From the NCBI GenBank assembly GCA_965652295.1, contig CBFGTS010000005.1, positions 64,001-128,000 of the forward strand: 64,000 bases of DNA. The letters run 5' to 3'. Below, in pieces: positions 55,703-64,000 of this stretch. This DNA comes from an uncultured Haloferula sp. GTDB taxonomy: Bacteria; Verrucomicrobiota; Verrucomicrobiia; Verrucomicrobiales; Akkermansiaceae. A program made the position numbers and the translations under genes. Position 1 is the stretch's first letter; each line of letters opens with the position of its first letter. The notes beneath the pieces are model-generated. The model was not told the origin of the DNA, ran no database searches, and saw only the letters and a list, made by a program, of their open reading frames with translations.

Positions 55703-57103
55703 ATGGCCTACCTCGACAACGATTTTTTCCTCCACTCACCCACCGCCCAACGCCTTTTCCACGAGGTGGCCAAGGACCAGCCGATCTACGACTACCATTG
55801 CCACCTCTCGCCCGCCGAGATCGCCAGCGACCAACGCTGGGACAACCTCGCCGACATCTGGCTCGGCGGTGATCATTACAAATGGCGCCTCATGCGTGCC
55901 AACGGCATCGACGAGCGGTTCATCACCGGCGACGCCTCACCCGAGGAAAAGTTCCGTGCCTGGGCCGAGACCGTGCCCATGACGCTGCGCAACCCGATCC
56001 ACCACTGGTCACACCTCGAATTGCGGCGCTACTTCGGCATCGATACCCTGCTCACCCCGGCCAGCGCCGACCGCATCTGGGAAAAAGCCAACGCCCGCCT
56101 CGCCGAAGCCGATTTTTCCGCCCACGGCATCCTGAAAAAATTCGATGTCCGGATGGTCGGCACCACCGACGACCCGGTCGATCCCCTCGACCATCACCAG
56201 GCGATCATCGCATCCGGCATCGCCACCAAGGTACTCCCCACTTTCCGCCCCGACAAAGCCTTCAACGTCGATCAGCCCGAGGCGTTCAACGCGTGGATCG
56301 ACAAGCTCGAAGAAACCACCGGGCTGGATATCTCCAGCCTTGGCGACCTGCTGGACGGACTCCACCGCCGTCACGACGATTTCCACGCCATCGGCGCACG
56401 ACTTTCCGACCACGGCCTCGAATCCTTGCCCGCGCTCGATTGCGATGACGCGCAGGCCTCGAACATCTTCGACAAGGCCCGCTCCGGAAAAGCCGCGACC
56501 CATGAGGAGCGCCAGCGTTTCACCTTTTACCTGATGGTCTTTCTCGGCCGCCTCGACGCCGCGAAGGGTTGGACCAAACAGCTCCATCTCGGTGCCGCGC
56601 GGAACGTCAACCCCCACGGCTTCGCCAGCCTCGGGCCCGACACCGGATACGACAACATCGGCGACTTCCAGCAAGGCCCCGGGCTCATGAAATACCTCGG
56701 TCGGCTCGCCTCCGAAGACGCCCTGCCCCACGTCATTCTCTACAACCTCAATCCCGCCGACAACTACCTCTTCGCCACCCTCTGCGGCACCTTCCAGGGC
56801 GGCGGCGTCATCAACCGCCTGCAGTTCGGCTCCGGCTGGTGGTTCCTCGATCAAAAGGACGGCATGGAGCTCCAGCTCAACGCTCTTTCCATGACCGGGT
56901 TGCTGTCCCGCTTCGTCGGCATGCTCACCGACTCCCGCAGTTTCCTCTCGTATCCGCGCCACGAATACTTCCGCCGCATCCTCTGCAATCTGATCGGAGG
57001 CGAGGCCGACCGTGGTGAATTGCCCGACGATTTCGACGCGCTGTCTCAACTCATCCGCGACGTCTGCGCCGGCAATGCCGCCCGCCAGTTCGGCCTCGGG
57101 TGA
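55703..57103 (+). CDS. uxaC: Uronate (glucuronate/galacturonate) isomerase
   Basis: PIYDYHCHL, DHYKWRLMR, TTDDP, TFRPD, GSGWWFLD and GMLTDSRSFLSYPRHEYFRR motifs. Start set at ATG 55703. Confidence 0.97.
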   Translation: MAYLDNDFFLHSPTAQRLFHEVAKDQPIYDYHCHLSPAEIASDQRWDNLADIWLGGDHYKWRLMRANGIDERFITGDASPEEKFRAWAETVPMTLRNPIHHWSHLELRRYFGIDTLLTPASADRIWEKANARLAEADFSAHGILKKFDVRMVGTTDDPVDPLDHHQAIIASGIATKVLPTFRPDKAFNVDQPEAFNAWIDKLEETTGLDISSLGDLLDGLHRRHDDFHAIGARLSDHGLESLPALDCDDAQASNIFDKARSGKAATHEERQRFTFYLMVFLGRLDAAKGWTKQLHLGAARNVNPHGFASLGPDTGYDNIGDFQQGPGLMKYLGRLASEDALPHVILYNLNPADNYLFATLCGTFQGGGVINRLQFGSGWWFLDQKDGMELQLNALSMTGLLSRFVGMLTDSRSFLSYPRHEYFRRILCNLIGGEADRGELPDDFDALSQLIRDVCAGNAARQFGLG

Positions 57104-57321
57104 GTCCGTCGCGGCCCGCTAACCGCGGAAACAAAAAGACTCCGCCCCGGGGATGACGAGCTCTCCCCCCAGATCGCCCGCCGTCTTGCCGGGACGGAGT
57201 GGGGCGACTATGCGGAAACTTCCCGCCGGGGCAATACCGATCCAATGCATTGAGCGAGAATGTGTTTCAGATAGCTCGACTGATCGGCGCCCCTAACTAT
57301 TTCTCTTGGAAACGACGGGGA

Positions 57322-57354
57322 GTCGCGGGTCCCGCGACCTTCCATCGATTGACA
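57322..57354 (+). promoter_or_regulatory. Palindrome GTCGCGGG-T-CCCGCGAC next to TTGACA, upstream of the giant lyase-like gene
   Basis: 17-bp palindrome at 57322-57338 and TTGACA at 57349-57354; no convincing -10. Confidence 0.35.
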
Positions 57355-57675
57355 GGAAACGGCGGCGTGGTGACTCCCTGAGCACCCCGCCGCGGATGCA
57401 GCAGCATCCGCCGTTCTCCCGCTTTTTCTTCCCTCCCGCACCCGCTTCAGCCGCCGGGCGCAGGTCCCTTCGGTGCCCTCCCGCTGGGGGGGCAGCAGGC
57501 TTCGTCGCGGCGTCGAGGGTCCGGGGAAACGAAGCTCCAGCGGCCGGTTACCACGTTCACCAAACTAGCTCTGGCCTGACAGGAACCGCTTCATTCAGGT
57601 TCACTATCGATAAGCCCAGAGTGTTGGGAAAGCGGCTGCGCTTTTCCCATCACAAAACCAAAACCCATAAAACCT

Positions 57676-60600
57676 ATGAACAAGCACTTGTGCTCCGGAT
57701 CCGGGGCAAGACGAGGCATGCCTCTTTGCGGCGTGCTCTCCACACGGCGGGATGTTTCACGAACCCAGCGTCCCGGGTCGGCTGGAACACATGGACCTTT
57801 GGCATGGATGATCGCGACAGCTTGCCTGTCGATGGCTTCCGCCCACGAGACCAGCTTCAGCTCGACGATGTCCTACTCCGCCACCCAGCCCTCCGGCGGT
57901 GCGGCGAGCGTCTCGAACTGGACCGGTGCCGCCTTCGACGCCGACAACATCGGCGGCTCCGGCGTCAATGCCGACGGCGGCTCCGACAACGGCGCGGCCA
58001 ACGACGACTTCACCTATGTGGCGAACAACCGGCCGGTGCAGGGGCAGAGTTTCCTGACCGGGAGCGCCACCCACGGCTACGAACTCCACTCCGTCACCGC
58101 GCGGATGGCCGGCTATACCAACAATACGGCTTCCGGGTCGAACGTCACTTCCTGGAACCTGAACGAGCACACCGGTCCGATCCTCCTGACGGTCGTCGAA
58201 ATCAGCGGCACGACCCGGTCGATGATCACCCGGCAACTGTTCAAGGCCGGAAGCACCGGAACTCCCGGTTCCGGCACCAGTGTCAATGGCTCCGGCGACC
58301 ACATCACCTTCGAGCTCCCGTTCACGACTCACCTGAAGCCGAACACGACCTACGGCTTCGAAATCGCCATCGGCAATGGCAGCAGCAACCATTTCGAGTG
58401 GCTCGGCACCCGCACCGATCCCTACGCCGACGGCACCGCCTATCACTATTCGGGCGACACCATCACGCCAGTTGCCGGCGACCATGTGTTCCAGGCGGAC
58501 ATGACGGCCCTCGCTTCGCCGCCTCCGGTCTTCGCCCACCCCGGAACCCTCCACACCCAGGCCGATCTCGACCGCATGAAAGCGAAGGTCGATGCCAGCG
58601 AGGAACCGTGGAAATCCAGCTTCGACACTCTCGCCGCCAGCCCGTGGGCCCAGACCGGCTGGCCCGCCTACAACGTGGACTACATCGTCCGCGGCGGCAG
58701 CGGCAACAACTACACCCGCTCCCAACAGGACGCCCAAGCCATCTATGAGCTCGCCCTGCGCTGGCACCTCACCGGCGACACCGCCTATGCTGACAAGGCC
58801 GTCCAAATCGCCAATGTCTGGTCCGACCTGGTTGGCATCCAAGGCGATACCAACGCCTCCCTGGCCGCCGGTATCTGCGGCTACCTCTTCGCCAGCGGCG
58901 GCGAACTCCTCAGCACCTACTCCGGCTGGCCCGAAGCGGAAAAGCAGGCCTACAAGGACATGATGATGCGGGTCTTCTATCCGCGGAATCTCGACTTCCT
59001 CTGGCGCCACCACGACACGCCCTTCACCAAGGGTGGTAACTCCCACTACCGTCTCAACTGGGACACCGCCAACATGGCTTCGGTCGCCGCGATTGGAATC
59101 CTCTGCGACAACCATGCCGTCTATCAACAAGCCGTAGACTACTTCAAATATGGCACCGGCAACGGCCGCGTCGAACGCGCCGCTTGGTATCTCTTCCCGG
59201 ACGGCACCTCGCAAACCGAGGAAAGCGGCCGTGACCAAGCGCACAACCTCGGCGGCTGGCACGCCATGGCCCTGCTCTGCCAGATGGCTTGGAACCAAGG
59301 CGAAGATCTCTTCGGCTACGATAACAACCGCGTCCTGCGTGCCTTCGAATACAACGCAAAATTCAACCTCGGTAACAACGTCCCTTGGGTCTTTCACCGC
59401 AACACCACCCTGGACTACACCGAGACCCTCACCAGTTACTTAAGCGGCATCGGTCAGTACTATCAGTACGAGCTGGTCCACAATCACTACGCCAACGTCA
59501 AAGGCGTTGCCGCGCCTTGGAGCAAGCTCGTGATCGATGCCACCCGCCCCGAACCGCGTCCCAACCCGAGCTTCCACCCCTCGCAGGTGGACTGGTTCGG
59601 TCTCGGCAGCCTCACCTACGCCCGCGATCCCATCGCCGCAGGCGTCGCTCCCAGCGGCCTCGTGTCGAACTGGAGCAAGAATCAGGTGGTTCTCAACTGG
59701 TGGGGCACCGCCAGCGCCACCGGCTATGAAGTCAAGCGCGCCACCTCCGCCGGAGGTCCCTACACCACGCTCGGCACTGTCACCGGCGCCGACCTGAATT
59801 TCACCGACACCTCGGTAAGCAATGGCGCGATCTACTACTACATCGTCACCGCCAACACGCCGTCCGGCGACCTCGACAGCCAGCCCCTGGAGGTGAAGCA
59901 GTCGCTCGTCACCCACTACTCCTTCGAAGGAAACGCCAACGACAGCGTCGGCACCCGCCACGCAGCGCCCTTGGGCGGCACCACCGCGCCCGGCTACGCC
60001 ACCGGCTTCGGCGGCGGCCAGGCCATCTCGCTCAATGGTTCCGATCAATACGTCCAACTTCCCGTTGGCAGCGGCAACTATCAGGACATCACCATCGCCA
60101 CCTGGGTCCGCTGGAATGGCGGAGGAAACTGGCAGCGCATCTTCGACTTCGGCAGTGAAATCGAGAAGAGCATGTTCCTCACGCCGTCCAAAGGCGGGAG
60201 CATGGAATTCGCCATCAGTACCTCGCGTTTCTTCGATGGCACCGGCAGGCTCAACGGACCCGTGCTGCCGACCGGCCAGTGGGTCCACGTCGCCGTAACC
60301 CTCAACGGCGACACCGGCACACTCTACGTCAACGGCCTTCCGGTCGACGCGAAACCCATTGATGGCGTCGATCCTCTCTTCGCCCAACCCTTCTGCTACC
60401 TCGGTCGCAGCATGTGGAACAATGACTCGCATTTCAACGGCCTCATCGACGACTTCCGCATCTACAACCACGCGCTCTCAGGCTCGGAGGTTTACACGTT
60501 GTGGGGGCAAAGCTCGAACAATCCTCCGGCCTTCACCACCGATCCGATCGACAAGTCCGCCGCGACCGAAGACAGCGCCTACACCGGCCAAACGATTGCC

Positions 60601-63600
60601 GGCAGCGCGACCGATGCCGATGGCGGCACGCCGACCTACAGCAAGGTCACCGGCCCCGCCTGGCTCAGCGTTGCCAGCGACGGAACCCTCAGCGGCACGC
60701 CGACCAACGACGACGCCGGGGATAACGTGTTTGTCGTTCGCGCAACGGACGCATCCGGAGCAACCGACGATGCCACCTTGCGGATTACCGTTACCAACAC
60801 CAATGACGTTCCCGTTTGGAGCAGCTCGTCCTTCACGACGGCCTCCGTTTCCCGCGGCCAGCCCTACGTCGGCGAAACGCTGGCCGGCATGGCCTCCGAC
60901 GTCGACGCCGGCTCCACCATCACCTACAGCAAGTTCAGCGGCCCGGCATGGCTCGCCGTCGCCGCCGACGGCACGCTTTCCGGCACGCCCGGCGCAGGTG
61001 ACTCCGGCTCGAACGTCTTCACCGTGCGCGTCACCGACGACATCGGCGCCTCGAGCGATGCCACGCTGACGATCGAGGTCTTCCCGTATGAAATGCGGAC
61101 CCACCTCGCCTTCGAAGACAACACCACCGACAGCCTCGGCAACTTCGACGGCACCGCCACCGGCTCGCCCGCCTATCAGGCCGCGCAGTTCGGGCAAGCG
61201 ATCGTCCTCGACGGCAGCGACGACTACGTCGCGCTTCCTGCCGGCGCGGCCAGCTATCACGACATCACCATCGCCACCTGGGTGAACTGGAACGGCGGCG
61301 GCAACTGGCAACGGATCTTCGACTTCGGCAACGACACGTCCCACTACCTGTACCTCACACCGAACAACGGCAGTGGCATGCGCTTCGGCATCAAAAACGG
61401 TGGCGGAGATCAACAGCTCAATACCTCCGCGCTGGCGACCGGACAGTGGGTCCACCTTGCCGTCACCCTCGAAGGCGATACCGGCACGCTCTACGTCAAT
61501 GGCGCCGTCGCCAATACCAACACCGGCATGACCCTCAACCCGGACGATTTCGATCCGACCAAGAACTACATCGGCAAGTCCCAGTTCTCCGACCCGCTGT
61601 TCAACGGCCAAATCGATGACTTCCGCATCTACAACCAGGCCCTGAGCGCCTCGCAGGTCGCCGATCTCGCCGCCGCCGCGAACCCGCCCGCCACGCCGGG
61701 CGGCCTCGGAGCCTCCGCGGTTTCTCCCGTGCAGATCGACCTGAGCTGGAGTGCCGCCCTCGGTGCGGAGACCTACCACGTCAAACGCGCCACGGTCAGC
61801 GGCGGTCCCTACACGACCATCGCCAGCCCCACCGGGACGAGCTTCAGCGACATCGGTCTGAGCGCAAGCACGACCTACTACTATGTGCTTAGTGCTTCGA
61901 ACATTTCGGGCGAGAGCGCCGACTCTGGGGAAACGAATGCCACCACCCTCACCAATCCACCCGCCACGCCAGGCGGCCTCAGCGCCAACGTCGTTTCCGC
62001 CACCCAGATCGACCTGAACTGGAACACGGCCAGCGGTGCCACCAGCTACCACCTGAAGCGCGCTACTACCAGCGGTGGCCCCTACACCACCATCGCGAGC
62101 CCGGCCGGGACCAGCTTCAGCGACATCGGCCTGAGCGCGGACACGACCTACTACTACGTCGTCAGTGCCTCCAATGCCGGCGGCGAAAGTGCCGATTCAT
62201 CGGAAACCAACGCCGTCACGCTGCCCGACCCGCCCACCGCGCCGGACGGGCTCGCCGCCACCGCGATCTCGCCGAGCGAAATCGATCTCACCTGGGATCC
62301 TGTCACCGGAGCCTCCGGCTACAGCGTCAAGCGCGCCGCCAGCAGTGGCGGCCCCTACACGACGCTCGCCACGGACGTCACCGTCACCACCTTCAGCGAC
62401 ACCGGCCTGAGCGAAAGCACCGCCTACTACTACGTCGTTAGTGCTTCGAACACCGGTGGCGAGAGCCCGGACTCGGCGGAGGCGAGTGCCACCACGCCCT
62501 CGAACATCCCTGCGGCTCCGACCGATCTCGTCGCCACCGCCGTTTCCACCAGCGCGATCGACCTGAGCTGGACCGCCTCCAGCGGTGCCGACAGCTACCA
62601 CGTCAAGCGCGCCACCGCCAGCGGCGGTCCCTACACCACCATCGCCAGCCCGACCGGCACCGTCTTCAGCGACACCGGCCTGAGCGAAAGCACGAGCTAC
62701 TACTACGTCGTTAGTGCGGTCAACACGAGCGGTGAAAGCGCCGACTCCACCGAAGCCAGCGCGACGACGGCGGGTTTGCAGGTCCACCTCGCCTTCGATG
62801 AAACCACCGGCACCACCGCCGCCGACTCCGGCCCCGGGGGAGCGTCTCCCGGCACCTTGGTCAACGGACCGACGTGGGCCACCGGCGCGCTCGACAACGC
62901 GGTCGAACTCGACGGCACCGATGACCACGTGACCTTGCCCACAGGCGTCGTCGCCGACCTCAGCGATTTCACCATCGCCACCTGGGTGCGGCTGGACAGC
63001 GTTTCCAACTGGCAGCGCGTCTTCGACTTTGGCACCGGCACCTCGGTGAACATGTTCCTCACCGCCGCCAACGGGTCCACCGGAACACCGCGCTTCGCGA
63101 TCACCACCAGCGGCGGCAGCGGCGAACAACGCATCACGGCCCCCTCTGCGCTGGCGACCGGCAGCTGGGTCCACCTCGCGGTGACGCTGTCCGGCTCCAC
63201 CGGACGGCTCTATGTCGATGGCACGGAAGTCGCCAGCAACACCTCGATGACGCTCGACCCGGCATCGCTCGGCAACACCACGTTGAACTACATCGGAAAG
63301 TCGCAGTATCCCGATCCCTATCTGGACGGCAAAGTCGATGATTTCCGTATCTACGACCATGCACTCAGCACTTTGGAAATCGGAAGCCTGGCGGCGATGC
63401 CCCAAGCTCCCGATGCCCCGACCGGCCTGACCGCGACCGCGATTTCCGCAACGGAGATCGACCTGAGCTGGACCGCCTCCACCGGTGCCGACAGCTACAG
63501 CGTGAAGCGCGCCACCGTCAGCGGTGGACCCTACACGACCCTCGCCAGCCCAACCGGCACCACCTTCAGCGTCACCGGCCTGAGCGACGGCACCACCTAC

Positions 63601-64000
63601 TACTACGTCGTCTCCGCCACCAACCAGTTCGGCGAAAGCGGCGACTCCTCCGAAGCCTCCGCCAGCACGCCCTACGACCTCGGGCCGCTGCCGACGGTCT
63701 GGTCCAGTGGCGACATCGGTGCCGTGTCCGCAACGGGCGTTTCCGGCCACACCGATGGCGTTTACACCGTCGTCGGCTCCGGCGCGGACATCTGGGACGC
63801 GGCTGATGAGTTCCAGTTCGTCCACCAGCCGATCAACGGCGACTGCGATATCCGTGCGCGCGTGGTTTCCATCGACAACACCGACCCATGGGCCAAAGCG
63901 GGCGTGATGATCCGCGAAAGCCTCGCCGCTGATTCAACTCACGCGACCACCGTGGTGTCCTCCAGCAGCGGGATTTCCTTCCAGCGCCGCACCACGACAG
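57676..64000 (+). CDS. Giant secreted multidomain protein (>2100 aa, 3'-truncated): alginate-lyase-like catalytic domain, Fn3 x6, LamG x3, Ig/cadherin-like x2 and a further beta-sandwich
   Basis: Hand translation in frame +1 gives FAHPGTLHTQADLDRMK..NWD..ESGRDQAH..AWNQGEDLFGY, WQRIFDFG/IDDFRIYN LamG segments and KRAT.SGGPYTT..YYYVV Fn3 segments. No frame +1 stop seen; absent from the ORF track, consistent with an unterminated frame. Confidence 0.9.
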   Translation, partial: MNKHLCSGSGARRGMPLCGVLSTRRDVSRTQRPGSAGTHGPLAWMIATACLSMASAHETSFSSTMSYSATQPSGGAASVSNWTGAAFDADNIGGSGVNADGGSDNGAANDDFTYVANNRPVQGQSFLTGSATHGYELHSVTARMAGYTNNTASGSNVTSWNLNEHTGPILLTVVEISGTTRSMITRQLFKAGSTGTPGSGTSVNGSGDHITFELPFTTHLKPNTTYGFEIAIGNGSSNHFEWLGTRTDPYADGTAYHYSGDTITPVAGDHVFQADMTALASPPPVFAHPGTLHTQADLDRMKAKVDASEEPWKSSFDTLAASPWAQTGWPAYNVDYIVRGGSGNNYTRSQQDAQAIYELALRWHLTGDTAYADKAVQIANVWSDLVGIQGDTNASLAAGICGYLFASGGELLSTYSGWPEAEKQAYKDMMMRVFYPRNLDFLWRHHDTPFTKGGNSHYRLNWDTANMASVAAIGILCDNHAVYQQAVDYFKYGTGNGRVERAAWYLFPDGTSQTEESGRDQAHNLGGWHAMALLCQMAWNQGEDLFGYDNNRVLRAFEYNAKFNLGNNVPWVFHRNTTLDYTETLTSYLSGIGQYYQYELVHNHYANVKGVAAPWSKLVIDATRPEPRPNPSFHPSQVDWFGLGSLTYARDPIAAGVAPSGLVSNWSKNQVVLNWWGTASATGYEVKRATSAGGPYTTLGTVTGADLNFTDTSVSNGAIYYYIVTANTPSGDLDSQPLEVKQSLVTHYSFEGNANDSVGTRHAAPLGGTTAPGYATGFGGGQAISLNGSDQYVQLPVGSGNYQDITIATWVRWNGGGNWQRIFDFGSEIEKSMFLTPSKGGSMEFAISTSRFFDGTGRLNGPVLPTGQWVHVAVTLNGDTGTLYVNGLPVDAKPIDGVDPLFAQPFCYLGRSMWNNDSHFNGLIDDFRIYNHALSGSEVYTLWGQSSNNPPAFTTDPIDKSAATEDSAYTGQTIAGSATDADGGTPTYSKVTGPAWLSVASDGTLSGTPTNDDAGDNVFVVRATDASGATDDATLRITVTNTNDVPVWSSSSFTTASVSRGQPYVGETLAGMASDVDAGSTITYSKFSGPAWLAVAADGTLSGTPGAGDSGSNVFTVRVTDDIGASSDATLTIEVFPYEMRTHLAFEDNTTDSLGNFDGTATGSPAYQAAQFGQAIVLDGSDDYVALPAGAASYHDITIATWVNWNGGGNWQRIFDFGNDTSHYLYLTPNNGSGMRFGIKNGGGDQQLNTSALATGQWVHLAVTLEGDTGTLYVNGAVANTNTGMTLNPDDFDPTKNYIGKSQFSDPLFNGQIDDFRIYNQALSASQVADLAAAANPPATPGGLGASAVSPVQIDLSWSAALGAETYHVKRATVSGGPYTTIASPTGTSFSDIGLSASTTYYYVLSASNISGESADSGETNATTLTNPPATPGGLSANVVSATQIDLNWNTASGATSYHLKRATTSGGPYTTIASPAGTSFSDIGLSADTTYYYVVSASNAGGESADSSETNAVTLPDPPTAPDGLAATAISPSEIDLTWDPVTGASGYSVKRAASSGGPYTTLATDVTVTTFSDTGLSESTAYYYVVSASNTGGESPDSAEASATTPSNIPAAPTDLVATAVSTSAIDLSWTASSGADSYHVKRATASGGPYTTIASPTGTVFSDTGLSESTSYYYVVSAVNTSGESADSTEASATTAGLQVHLAFDETTGTTAADSGPGGASPGTLVNGPTWATGALDNAVELDGTDDHVTLPTGVVADLSDFTIATWVRLDSVSNWQRVFDFGTGTSVNMFLTAANGSTGTPRFAITTSGGSGEQRITAPSALATGSWVHLAVTLSGSTGRLYVDGTEVASNTSMTLDPASLGNTTLNYIGKSQYPDPYLDGKVDDFRIYDHALSTLEIGSLAAMPQAPDAPTGLTATAISATEIDLSWTASTGADSYSVKRATVSGGPYTTLASPTGTTFSVTGLSDGTTYYYVVSATNQFGESGDSSEASASTPYDLGPLPTVWSSGDIGAVSATGVSGHTDGVYTVVGSGADIWDAADEFQFVHQPINGDCDIRARVVSIDNTDPWAKAGVMIRESLAADSTHATTVVSSSSGISFQRRTTT
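61681..62775 (+). repeat. Four tandem Fn3-coding repeats (about 270-280 bp each)
   Basis: Recurring ATCGACCTGAGCTGG..GGTCCCTACAC..TACTACTACGTC-like blocks. Confidence 0.85.

Noticed and set aside
57104..57675. ncRNA or riboswitch in the 570-bp intergenic region
   Set aside because: Only isolated hairpins were seen and no Rfam family was recognisable; an Infernal scan would be needed.
57306..63907. ORF-track calls in this region (e.g. 57306-58748 +, 57757-59397 -, 60478-62052 -, 62197-63825 -)
   Set aside because: Off-frame or antisense shadows of the unterminated frame +1 gene starting at 57676.

Overview
High-GC bacterial chromosomal segment, most likely Verrucomicrobiota (Haloferula/Luteolibacter-like; inferred from three PEP-CTERM proteins, a PilX-like Verru_Chthon-type protein, DUF5069 and a lamin-tail/CotH protein). 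It holds about 45 genes. Housekeeping genes: mnmG (5'-truncated), queA, queG, prlC-like M3 peptidase, gmk, stand-alone coaC, aroK, putA and uxaC. Envelope and secreted proteins: HtrA, OmpA, M23, VWA-repeat, CotH and a >2100-aa lyase-like multidomain ORF that runs off the window end and is missing from the ORF track. Also present: transporters (ClC, SLC13, MATE, AEC), a small RelE/ParE-type toxin-antitoxin pair and a SNF2 helicase next to an AAA_14 ATPase. I found no rRNA, tRNA, CRISPR array or IS element. The most interesting signals are outside the gene calls: (1) two parS palindromes embedded in-frame in mnmG; (2) a probable leaderless leader-peptide/terminator attenuator in front of the MATE pump; (3) a recurring sigma70-like promoter geometry suggesting widespread leaderless mRNAs; (4) three 7-nt tandem arrays inside the SNF2 gene; (5) a twin operator over the AAA_14 promoter; (6) a shared C-terminal domain on unrelated secreted proteins that may be a sorting signal. 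All family assignments come from motif recognition by eye, not database searches.
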